From assembly GCA_963758525.1 (NCBI GenBank), contig CAVWVQ010000003.1, positions 2,944,001 through 3,008,000 of the forward strand: a stretch of DNA of 64,000 nt, written 5' to 3'. This document shows, piece after piece, positions 48,691 through 59,572 of this stretch. This stretch comes from an uncultured Phycisphaerales bacterium. Lineage in GTDB: Bacteria; Planctomycetota; Phycisphaerae; Tepidisphaerales; Tepidisphaeraceae. Position 1 is the stretch's first letter. Each line of letters opens with the position of its first letter. The notes under the pieces were generated by a model. It did no database searches. It was not told where the DNA came from and worked only from the letters and a program-made list of their open reading frames with translations. A program made the translations under genes and the position numbers.

Positions 48691-51600
48691 ATGGCGCTCG
48701 GTAATCGTTGGAAGGTGTCGCGGTATGCCAAAGAGAACCGTAAGCGGAAGGGCACTCGCCCACGGGTGGAAGGGCTGGAACTTCGCAGGCTGCTCTCGGC
48801 CGTTAATTGGATTGGTGGCGCTACTGGCGATTGGGACACTGCCGCCAACTGGAGCAATGGCACGACCAATGCAGTTCCCACCAGTGCGGATGACGTGACG
48901 ATCCCGAGCAACGTCAGCATTACCCATACCACCGGCGCCACCGACTCGGTGAACTCGATCACCTCCGGCGCCGGCGATACCTTGAACATCAGTGCGGGCA
49001 GCATCAGCATCGCTGCGACGTCGACGCTGGTGAATTTGGACCTCTCCTCCACGTTGAGCATCGCCGGCGGGACCACCGTCACGATGAGCGGGTCGGCAAG
49101 CCAATGGACTGCCGGCATCATCAACGGCGGGGGCACGCTGCTGACACGGGCACGCTGACCCTCTCGAGCGCCAGTGACAAGGACCTGCGAACCACGCTCG
49201 AAAACAAAGGCACCATCGTCGATAGCGCGGGAAATACGCGCTTCTACAACGGCATTCTTCAGAACGACGCGACCGGCATCTACGATTTTCAGAACGCGGC
49301 GCAAATCGACATGGCCAATGATGGCGGCACCAATGCCTTCAGCAACAGCGGAACGCTGGAGCATTCCACCGGCGCTGGTGCAGCGGTGTTCGACGGCAGC
49401 GTGCCATTCAACAACGCCGCGTCCGGCAAAATCACCCTGGGCGCGTCTGTGGGCTCTGTGTTGCTGGCGGGCGGCGGGACCGATTTGGGCGGGACGTTCA
49501 CCGTCGGGACAAGTTCCATCCTTGATCTGACGGACGGGTCCAACCCCACCTTCACGGGAACTTACACCGGCTCGGGCGGCGGCTTCGTGCAGTTGAACAG
49601 TGGCACCATCACGATCGGGTCCGGCGGCGCGACCTTCAACTTTCCGCAGAGCTTGTTCCAATGGAACGGCGGTTACATCAGCGGGAGCCCCACGCTGACC
49701 AATGCTTCCGGCGCTTTCATCAATCTGGATACCTCGACAACCAAGTCACTTCGCGCCCCGCTGGAAAACAAGGGTACGATCATCGACAACGCGGGAAACA
49801 CCGACTTCTACTACGCCACCCTGCAGAACGACGCCGGCGCGGTGTACGACTTTGAGAACGCAGCCGCCGTTCACATGGCCAACGATGGCGGTACCAACGC
49901 CTTCAACAACAGCGGAACGGTCAAAGCCGACGGCGCCGGGACCGTAAACTTCGACGGGAGCGTGCCTTTCAACAATGCCGCCGGGGGCAAGATCACGTTG
50001 GGTGCTTCCGCCGGCACGGTCTCCCTGGCAGGCGGGGGGACCGACTTGGGCGGCACGTTCACCGTCGGGTCTGGTTCAGTCCTGGATTTGACCGGCGGGT
50101 CCAACCCGACCTTCACGGGTACTTACACCGGCTCAGGCGCTGGCTTCGTGCAAATGAACACTGGCACCATCACGATTGGTTCCGGCGGCGCGACCTTCAA
50201 CTTCCCGCAGAGCTTGTTCCAATGGAACGGCGGTTACATCAGCGGGAGCCCCACGCTGACCAATGCTTCCGGCGCTTTCATCAATCTGGATACCTCGACA
50301 ACCAAGTCACTTCGCGCCCCGCTGGAAAACAAGGGTACGATCATCGACAACGCGGGAAACACCGACTTCTACTACGCCACCCTGCAGAACGACGCCGGCG
50401 CGGTGTACGACTTTGAGAACGCAGCCGCCGTTCACATGGCCAACGATGGCGGGACCAACGCCTTCAACAACAGCGGAACGGTCAAAGCCGACGGCGCCGG
50501 GACCGTAAACTTCGACGGGAGCGTGCCTTTCAACAATGCCGCCGGGGGCAAGATCACGTTGGGTGCTTCCGCCGGCACGGTCTCCCTGGCAGGCGGGGGG
50601 ACCGACTTGGGCGGCACGTTCACCGTTGGGTCCGGTTCAGTCCTGGATCTGACCGGCGGGTCAAATCCCACTTTCACGGGTACTTACACCGGCTCCGGCG
50701 CTGGCTTCGTACAAATGAACACTGGCACCCTCACGATCGGTTCCGGCGGAGCAACCTTCAATTTTCCGCAGAACTTCTTCCAATGGAACGGCGGCTTCAT
50801 CAGCGGCGGCCCCACGCTGACCAATGCTTCCGGCGCGTTCATCAATCTGGATGGTACCAACGATAAAGACCTTCGCACGACGCTCGACAACAAGGGCACC
50901 ATCATCGATAACGCGGGAAACACGCGCTTCTATTACGGTGTTCTCGACAACGACGCAGGCGCCACATACGACTTCCAGAACGCCGCGGAGGTCGACATGG
51001 CCAATGACGGCGGGACCAACGCCTTCAACAACAGCGGCACGCTGGAACACTCCACGGGTGCCGGCACCGTGGTTTTCGAGAGTGGTGATCCGTTCAACAA
51101 CGCCGCGGCGGGAAAGATTACCTTAGCGGCAAATGTCGGCGGCATCTCCCTGGGCGGCGGCGGAACCGACGCCGGCGGAACATTCACCGTTGGTGCAAAC
51201 TCCGTACTCGACTTGACCGATGGCTCCGCGCCCACCTTGACCGGCACTTACACCGGATCGGGGGCCGGAACCGTACTTATGGCCACCGGCAGTCTCGATG
51301 TCGATACTGCAGGTGCGACCTTCAACTTCCCCGCGGGTCTGTTCCGGTGGGAAGGCGGAACCATCGCAGCAGCGGCTTCCAACAGCAACGTCCTGCTCAA
51401 CACCGGCTTTATCACGCTGTCGACTTCTACTGACAAGCTTCTGCGTTACAACCTGACTCTCGAGAATCAGGGGACCATCACCGACAATCAGGGGAATCTG
51501 CGGTTCTACTACGGCACCGTCCAGAATGACTCCGGCGGCGTGTTCAGCTTCACCAACGACACTGCGCAGGGAGAGGTTGACCTGACAAACGACGGCGGCA

Positions 51601-54600
51601 ACAACGCATTCAATAACCTGGCCGGCGGAACGGTGATCAAGTCGACCGGCGCCAGCAACGTGGTCATCGACAGCGGTGTCCCTTACAGCGGTGCCGGTAC
51701 CACTCAAGCCAGCGCCGCAATACTGGAGATCGACGGAACGACTCTGCCGCAGGACTCGTCCGGGGCGCTGACTGGCGGTACCTGGATCGCGAATAACGCC
51801 ACGCTGTCGCTTCCATCCGAACCAACCGTCTCGACCATTGGCTCCGGCGCCAAGGTAACGCTCATTGGTTCGGCAGCCTCATTCCCGCTGGTCGCCCCGG
51901 TCTCGACCGTGAACGGAACACTCGGCGTCCTCGCCGGCGCAACATTCACGACCGCAGGCGCATTGGCCAACACTGGAACTATCTCCGTCGGCGGGAAATT
52001 AACCGTTTCCGGCGACTTCATGCAAAACCTCGGCAAGTCCGGAGCCGGTTCTGGACTACCAGGTCTCCACCGCACCGGGCGGGAGCGGCGCGCCGCTCCT
52101 GGCGGTCACCGGAAACACGACGCTGGGCGGCAACCTGCAGGCCGAGCTCACCAACGGCTTCGCCGGCACAGCCAACGCCAGCTACACCGTTGCCAGCTTT
52201 GCCAATCCGACTACCGGCAGCTTCGCGTCCACGTCCGGCGTAGCGCCGGAGTTCCGCGCCACGATCAATCCGACGAGCATCGTGCTCGCTGTCGGAACTC
52301 CGCCGGCCATTACCTCGGCGTCAAGCCAGACCACCCTGGTCGGACAGCCCGAGAGTTTCACTGTCACCGCCAATGGTTATCCGCCCTCGACCTTCAGCGA
52401 AACCGGGACACTGCCGAGCGGGCTGACGTTCAATGCTTCCACCGGCGTACTGAGCGGCACGCCCGACTCGGGGACGGCCGGTCTCTACAATCTCACGTTT
52501 GGCGCATCCAATGGCGTGACTCCGCCGGCGAGTCAGGCATTTGCGCTCACCGTGGCGAAGGTGGCGACCACCACCTCTCTGACCAAGAACACCACCGCCG
52601 CCACCAAATTCGGACAAAGCGTCACCTTCACGGCGACAACCGCTGTCGTCGGCACGGACGCATTCGCACCGGGCGGGGCCGTGACCTTCAAGGATGGCAC
52701 CACGCCGCTCGGAACGGGCACGATCAGCGGCGGCATTGCAACTTTCACCACCACCGCTCTGGCTGTCGGCAGCCATTCGGTCACCGCCGTGTATGGCGGT
52801 GACGCCAATTTTATCACCAGCACGTCCAACGCCTTGAGTCAGACCGTCACCAAGGCGGCTACGACCACCGGCTTGACCTCGAGCGTTCCTGCGGGCGCGG
52901 CCTTCGGTCAAAGCGTGACCTTCACGGCCACCCCTGTCGCAGTGGCTCCGGGAGCGGGAACGCCGACCGGTACGGTTACCTTCAAAGACGGCACAACAAC
53001 ACTCGGAACCGGGACGCTCGCTGGCGGCGTCGCGACGTTCGCCATCGCTTCGCTGAGCGTCGGCGTCCATTCGATCACCGCGGTCTACGGCGGCGACACT
53101 GACTTCACCACCAGCACTTCAAGCGTATTGAGCCAGATGGTGAACCAGGCCGCCACGACCACGAAGCTCACCAAGAACCCCACGACCGCGATCAAGTTCG
53201 GTCAGAGCGTCACATTCACCGCGACGCCGACACCGAGCAGCCCCGGCGCGGGAACGCCCACCGGCACCGTCACGTTTAAGGACGGCAGCACCACGCTCGG
53301 AACCGGCGCGCTCGCCGGCGGGATCGCGACGTTCACCACCAGCGCACTGGCCGTCGGCGGCCACTCGGTGACCGCGGTCTACGACGGCGACACCGACTTC
53401 ACCACCAGCACATCCAGCGCCGTGAGTCAGACGGTTTCCAAGTCTTCGACGACCACGGGACTCGCGCAGAGCACCGCCTCCACCGAATTCGGCCAGAGCG
53501 TGACCTTCACGGCCACCCCTGTCGCCGTGGCCCCGGGAGCGGGAATGCCCACCGGCACGGTTACCTTCAAAGACGGCACAACGACACTGGGAACCAGCAC
53601 GCTCAGCGGCGGCGTCGCCACGTTCGCCACCAGTTCTCTAACCGCCGGCAGTCGTTCGATCACCGCCGCATACGCTGGCGACGCTGATTTTACGACCAGC
53701 ACTTCCCCGCCGCTCATGCACACGGTCAGCCAGGCCGGGACGAACACGACGCTCACCAAGAACACCACGACCGCCCTCAAGTTCGGCCAGAGCGTGACCT
53801 TCACCGCGACCATGGCCGTCGTCGCCCCCGGCGCAGGTACGCCCACCGGCACGGTCACGTTTAAGGACGGCAGCACCACGCTCGGAACCGGCGCGCTTGC
53901 CGGCGGCGTCGCAACGTTGGCGACCACGGCGCTTCCGGTGGGAAGCAACTCGATCACCGCCGTCTACGGCGGAGACACCAATTTCACCGCCAGCACCTCC
54001 AGCGCCCTGTCCCAGACCGTCCAGCAAGCCTCCACGACCACGACGCTCACCAAGAGCAGCACCAGCGCCCTCAAGTTCGGCCAGAGCACCACCTTCACCG
54101 CCAAGCTCGCCGCCGTCGCTCCCGGCGCGGGCACGCCGACCGGCACCGTCACCTTCAAGGACGGCTCAACCACCCTCGGCACCGGCGCGCTGGTCGGCGG
54201 AGTCGCAACCTTCACCACCACCACGCTCCCGGCTGGAAGCCATTCGATCACCGCCGTCTACAACGGCGACACGAACTTCAAGACCAGCACCTCTGGCGCC
54301 CTGAGCCAGACCATCACCCAGTCCGCCACGACCACCACGCTGACCAAGAGCTCCACCAGCGCCCTCAAGTTCGGCCAAAGCGTCACTTTCACCGCCACCC
54401 TCGCCGCCGTCGCCCCCGGCGCCGGGACGCCCACGGGCACTGTCACGTTTAAGGACGGTTCCACCACGCTCGGCACCGCCTCTCTCAGCGGCGGCGTCGC
54501 CACGTTTACCACAGCGTCGCTTCCGCCGGGAAGCAACTCGATCACCGCCGTCTACGGCGGGAACACCGACTTCACCACCAGCACCTCCAACAGTTTGTCC

Positions 54601-54912
54601 CAGACCGTGGACCAGGCGGCCACCACCAACAAGCTGACCAAGAACACCACCACCGCGATCGCATTTGGCACGAGCGTGACGTTCACCGCCACTCTGACCG
54701 CGGTGAGTCCCGGCGCCGGAACACCGACCGGGACGGTCACCTTCCTGGACAATGGCAGTTCGATCGGCACCGGGTCCCTCATCGACGGCGTCGCGACGTT
54801 CACAACCACAACGCTTCCCGTCGGCAGCAATTCGATCACCGCCACCTACGGCGGTGACACCGACTTCACCGGCAGCACCTCCAGTGCGCTGAGCCAGACG
54901 GTTCACTCCTGA
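48691..54912 (+). CDS. Giant (~2070 aa) secreted adhesin-like protein: LEPR-XLL motif, 187-aa beta-solenoid repeats, one He_PIG-like and eight Big_3-like Ig domains; frameshifts ~49140 and ~52025
   Basis: VEGLELRRLLS; W.G..GDW..A.NWS; three ORF pieces join with single-base shifts. Confidence 0.85.
49150..51700 (+). repeat. Intragenic 561-bp tandem repeat (~4.5 units; units 2 and 3 almost identical)
   Basis: Identical shadow ORFs at 49661/50222 and near-identical ones at 49702/50263, offset exactly 561 bp. Confidence 0.92.
52555..54909 (+). repeat. Eight ~294-bp Ig-like (Big_3) repeats
   Basis: Recurrent FGQSVTFTA..PTGTVTFKDG..SITAVY.GD. Confidence 0.9.
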
Positions 54913-55287
54913 GCCGGGGTGTGCCCATTTTTCCGGGAGCGTATGAACCGGCGACAAGTCATTCGGCTCCGCGCTGTCGGGATGCTGTAAACGCCTCGGC
55001 AAAACGAGCGGTCAAACCCCTGAGCGATGTCGCTTTAGACCGAAAAATGCAGCCGAAAAATATACTTGCTTTGCAACACAGCCTTGGTAGCATCCCGGGC
55101 GTATTTCACACCTGTTGGGCATTGGTTTTCGCTCCGATCGGTGCAACACGGCCGGCTGCATGGGGCATCCGGTCTGTGCTCATTTCTCACCCTATTGACC
55201 CCGCGGCAGATTGCTCGAAGACGAAGAACCGGCCACGCATGCGAAACCTTGTCATCGACGCACTTCCGGGGCAGGAAACGGTACGCC

Positions 55288-58200
55288 ATGATCGTCAAGA
55301 AGTGTCACGGTGCTTCCAAATCTTTAAGCCGGAAGCGGGCCATCCACCGCTGCATTGAGATCGAAGTCTTGGAATGCCGGCGGTTGCTGACGGCGATCGT
55401 TGTCACTACCGCCATCGACTCCTCGCCCCATACCGGTGAGTCGCTGCGCGACGCGATCGTCACCGCCAACGCCGACGCCCTCGCCGGCACGTCGGATACC
55501 ATCACGTTCGACTCCAGCCTGAACGGCCAAACGATCACGCTCACCCAAAGACAACTGGAGTTGAGCGGCGCCGGAAGCGGTCTGATTACGATCGACGGCG
55601 CCAATCAGATCACGGTGAGCGGCAATGGCGCAAGCCGGGTCTTCGACGTCGACTCGGGCGTACATGCGATGATCAATGGGCTGACGATTACAGACGGCGT
55701 CGATCAGAGCAGCGACGGCGGCGGTGGAATCTACAACGCCGGCACGTTGAAGGTTACCAATTCCACGTTCTCGTCCGACACCGCGAAGGATGCCGGCGGC
55801 GGTGGCATTCAAAGTTTTTCCGGCTCTCTCACCGTCAGCACCTCGACCTTCACGGGGGATTCCACGAACGGCGCCAACGGGGGCGGCATCAACGTCTTCT
55901 TTGGCACGGCGACGGTCACGGGGTGCAATTTCTTCTCAAACTCCGCCGAATACGGCGGCGCCATCGGCGCCACTTATGACACGTTGAGCGTCAGCAACTG
56001 CGTGATAGGGGGAAACACCGCGGGATACGGCGGAGCCATCTATACTGGCGGCTCGGGCGAGATGGCGACGATCACCAACTGCCAGTTCCTAAACAACACC
56101 GCGGGCGCGGACGGGGGCGGAATTGATAACGATACATCCAGCACGGTGACAGTCAGCGTCTCGACGTTCGACAATAATTCCGCGGGCGCCGAAAGCGGCG
56201 GCGGGGGCATCGACAGCATCGGCACGCTGATTGTCAGCAACTCCGTCTTCACCGCGAACTCCGCCGGCTTCGGAGGCGGGATCTATAGCGACGGACCGAT
56301 GACGATCAGCAGCAGCACGCTTTCTTCAAATGCCGCCACCTACGGGGGCGGGGGCGGACTCTACAGCGATTCCAGCGCCGCGACAGTTGCCAACTCCACG
56401 TTCTCCGCCAACACCGCCGAGGAACCCGGTGGTGGCATCCTGATTGATGACACTCTGACAATCGTCAATTCCACCATCTCCGCAAACTCATGCAACGGTT
56501 CGGGCTACGAGGGGGGAGGGATCGCCAATGGCGGGACGCTCACTCTGTTGAGCACAATCGTCGCCGGCAACGCGAACATCCCTGACATTTCCAACGGCGC
56601 CGATGAGGCGTATGGCACGGTTAACCCCTCCAGCAACCATAATCTCATCGGCGACGGCGAAAATCTCTCCACGGTCAGCAACGGGACCAACGAAAATCAG
56701 ATCGGAACCACCTCCAGCCCGCTGCCGCCGAGGCTCTACCCGCTCTACTACAACGGCGGCGCCACGCAGACGATGGCCTTGCAAGGCGGCAGCTCTGCAA
56801 TCGATGCCGGCGGTCCGATCACGGCACTCAGCGCAGGTTCAGCCGCCACCGATACAACAATCTCCGTCAACCTCGGATCGGCGGTCTGCAGCACGCCCGG
56901 CAATTATCTGATCAAAATCGACGGGGAGCAGATGCTGGTCACGAACGTGAGCGGCAACACGCTCACCGTCGTCCGCGGCTACAACGGAACCACCGTCACG
57001 ACTCACGGCAGCGGCGCCAATGTCTTCTGGATGAATGATCAGACCGGCCAGCCGCGCGATGGCAATCCGGACATCGGGGCGTACGAATATGTGTTCGCAC
57101 CGTACAGCACGGTTGCGCCGCTTCCAGCTGTCGAAAGTACGACCAGTTTTCTGGTCACCTGGTCGGGACATCCAGCCACCAACGGTCCGTCCATTTCCAG
57201 CTATTCGGTCTACTATTCCGACAACGGCAGCGCATACATCTGGCTGATGAACACGACCGCCCCGGCCGCCGTTTTCTCCGGCGTCGACGGCCACACCTAC
57301 GGCTTTTGGAGCGCTGCCACCGACGCCCTCGGCAACGTTCAGCCCTATGCGACCGCTCCGCAGGCTTCCACCACCGTGCATGTCAACTCGGCTCCAACCA
57401 TCACCAGCTCCAGCCACAGCACTTTTACGGCGGGCGCCAACAAATCGTTTGCCGTCACCGCCAGCGGCTATCCCGCTTCCACGTTCAGTGAAACGGGGAC
57501 ACTGCCTGGCGGGCTGACGTTCAATACCACGACCGGAGTGCTCAGCGGCACTCCCGCCGCCGGGACCGTCGGCACCTACAACCTCACGTTTGGCGCGTCC
57601 AACGGCGTGGGAAGTCCCGCGAGCCAGGCCTTCACGCTGACCGTCGCCAAGGCGTCCAGCACCGCGAAACTGACGAAGAACACCACGACAGCCACCAGGT
57701 TCGGGCAAAGCGTGACCTTCACGGCGACGATTGCCCCAGCGGGAACCAACGCCATCACCCCTTCCGGAACCGTCACATTCAAAGACGGCTCAACTACGCT
57801 CGGCACCAGGACTCTCAGCGGCGGCGTCGCGACTTTCACCACCAGTTCGCTGAGCGTAGCCAGCCATTCCATTACCGCCGTCTACGCCGGCGACGGCAAC
57901 TTCACCACCAGCACCTCCAGTGCCCTGACACAAACGGTCAGCAAGGCTTCGACAACCACAACCCTGACCAAAAACACAACCGCCGCCATCAAGTTTGGGC
58001 AGAGTGTGACGTTCACGGCAAAACTTGCCGCGGTCAGCCCCGGCGCCGGCACGCCCACCGGCACCGTGACGTTCAAGGATGGCTCGACCACGCTTGGCAC
58101 TCGCACGCTCAGCAGCGGCGTCGCCACGTTCACGACCACGTCGCTCCCCGTCGGCAGCAACTCGATCACCGCCGTCTATGGTGGCGACGGCAACTTCAAC

Positions 58201-58539
58201 ACCAGCACGTCGGGCGCATTGAGCCAGACCGTGAGTCAGTCAGCAACCACCACCAAGCTGACCAAGAACACGACCACCGCCATCCATTCGGGCCAGAGCG
58301 TGACGTTCACCGCTACGCTGGCGGCAGTGAGTCCCGGCGCGGGGACGCCGACCGGCATCGTCACGTTCTATGACAACGGCAGCACCATGCTCGGCACCGG
58401 CACGCTCAGCGGCGGGATCGCGACACTGACCACGACGACACTCCCCGTCGGCAGCAATTCCATTACCGCCACGTACGGCGGCGACACCGACTTCACCGGC
58501 AGCACGTCCAACGCGCTGAGCCAGACGGTGACAAGCTGA
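55288..58539 (+). CDS. Large secreted protein: LEPR-XLL motif, CSLREA/Pmp-like GGAI beta-helix, choice-of-anchor-Q-like domain, Fn3-like domain, He_PIG-like and three Big_3 domains
   Basis: IEVLECRRLLT; SLRDAI..AN; GGGIY/N.A repeats; NGG.TQT.AL..S.AIDAG..DQ.G.PR...DIGAYE. Confidence 0.88.
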   Translation: MIVKKCHGASKSLSRKRAIHRCIEIEVLECRRLLTAIVVTTAIDSSPHTGESLRDAIVTANADALAGTSDTITFDSSLNGQTITLTQRQLELSGAGSGLITIDGANQITVSGNGASRVFDVDSGVHAMINGLTITDGVDQSSDGGGGIYNAGTLKVTNSTFSSDTAKDAGGGGIQSFSGSLTVSTSTFTGDSTNGANGGGINVFFGTATVTGCNFFSNSAEYGGAIGATYDTLSVSNCVIGGNTAGYGGAIYTGGSGEMATITNCQFLNNTAGADGGGIDNDTSSTVTVSVSTFDNNSAGAESGGGGIDSIGTLIVSNSVFTANSAGFGGGIYSDGPMTISSSTLSSNAATYGGGGGLYSDSSAATVANSTFSANTAEEPGGGILIDDTLTIVNSTISANSCNGSGYEGGGIANGGTLTLLSTIVAGNANIPDISNGADEAYGTVNPSSNHNLIGDGENLSTVSNGTNENQIGTTSSPLPPRLYPLYYNGGATQTMALQGGSSAIDAGGPITALSAGSAATDTTISVNLGSAVCSTPGNYLIKIDGEQMLVTNVSGNTLTVVRGYNGTTVTTHGSGANVFWMNDQTGQPRDGNPDIGAYEYVFAPYSTVAPLPAVESTTSFLVTWSGHPATNGPSISSYSVYYSDNGSAYIWLMNTTAPAAVFSGVDGHTYGFWSAATDALGNVQPYATAPQASTTVHVNSAPTITSSSHSTFTAGANKSFAVTASGYPASTFSETGTLPGGLTFNTTTGVLSGTPAAGTVGTYNLTFGASNGVGSPASQAFTLTVAKASSTAKLTKNTTTATRFGQSVTFTATIAPAGTNAITPSGTVTFKDGSTTLGTRTLSGGVATFTTSSLSVASHSITAVYAGDGNFTTSTSSALTQTVSKASTTTTLTKNTTAAIKFGQSVTFTAKLAAVSPGAGTPTGTVTFKDGSTTLGTRTLSSGVATFTTTSLPVGSNSITAVYGGDGNFNTSTSGALSQTVSQSATTTKLTKNTTTAIHSGQSVTFTATLAAVSPGAGTPTGIVTFYDNGSTMLGTGTLSGGIATLTTTTLPVGSNSITATYGGDTDFTGSTSNALSQTVTS

Positions 58540-58633
58540 CGGGCGCATGACTGAGAGGCTTCTATAGCTTCGAAGCCATCGCGGCGCGGTACCGCGCAGA
58601 ACGTTGTCGGTCCGAGCTTCCGGAAGATCAGGA

Positions 58634-58660
58634 GGTTAGTCGCGACGCGCAGTGGAGCGA
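58634..58660. repeat. GGTTAG-family REP unit
   Basis: Matches 10474 and 43980. Confidence 0.7.
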
Positions 58661-58939
58661 GTCCGGGAAGAGCTCAATGCGGGATTTGGCACAGCATCGC
58701 CGGCGGGGTTGGATGACTCTGCGTCGTTCCGGGTTGAGAGGTGAGATCGCCGCGAGAAAAAACGAAGACGCAAAAAGAGGGGGTGATGTTACGGATTGAA
58801 TGAAGCGCCGTGCGTCGCCGAACGCCTACGGAGCTTGCTCCATAGGGTCTTCCCCCGGAGAAATCCCAACCGCAAGGCGTGCCGGTGTTCAAAGGGCTGC
58901 GGACTTCATCCAAACCGGACCGCTGTATTCTGCGAGCGA

Positions 58940-59130
58940 TCACTTCGCCGACGATCGCATGATCCGCGAAAGCAATTCCGGCGGATGAACGTTGAGCGCC
59001 TGTCAGTCCCGAATGAACATCGTGTAGGTCAGCTGGGATTTTCCCCGTCGGACGCTGTTGGGTTCACAGCCGTTCCGGGTCGAGGGCCTTTGTGGAATTT
59101 CATCGCCTTCCGGCCGCAGCGTTTGCCCAT
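58940..59130 (-). pseudogene. Degenerate XRE-family HTH gene, copy 1
   Basis: RRGKSQLTYTMFIRD*QALNVHPPELLSRIMRSSAK* aligns with 59313-59504; internal stop and scrambled 5' end. Confidence 0.6.
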
Positions 59131-59312
59131 TCGGCGAGATGCGATCCAGAGCACGAAGAAAAATTGCCACAAAGGGCACAAAAAACGCAAATGGGAATGC
59201 TGTGGAAGGACGAGTAGCGAAAACGATGAGATCGCGTCCTAATTCTTCTTTTTTGACCTTCGCGTGGTTTCGCGGCAATAGACCTTGCGGCATTTCGGAG
59301 CGGCGAAAAATT

Positions 59313-59504
59313 CTACTTCGAGGCGGATCGCATGATCCGCGCAAGCAAATCCGGCGGATGCACATTCAGCGCCTTGCAGAGCCGAATGAACATCGCCACG
59401 GTCGGCTGCGATTTTCCCCGTTCGACGTAGCTGATATGCACGTCAGTGCGTTGACGCTTCTCGATCGCGCGAACAATTTTGTTCGGCCGATTACCCTTGA
59501 CCAT
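59313..59504 (-). pseudogene. Truncated XRE-family HTH regulator, copy 2
   Basis: HISYVERGKSQPTVAMFIRLCKALNVHPPDLL is the C-terminal half of HTH_XRE; helices 1-2 are not recognisable. Confidence 0.6.
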
Positions 59505-59572
59505 GAGCGATTTTTAAGTAAAAGTGCGGTCGCTACGATGGTGCAGCGCAAATCAAAAGGGAGGTCTTCGTG

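Noticed and set aside
49150..54912. Repeats as DGR template/variable regions
   Set aside because: There is no reverse transcriptase, and the differences are not adenine-specific. These are ordinary intragenic domain repeats.
59003..59005. In-frame TGA aligned with Cys as selenocysteine
   Set aside because: The surrounding gene copy is degenerate at its 5' end, there is no redox motif, and no SECIS is evident.
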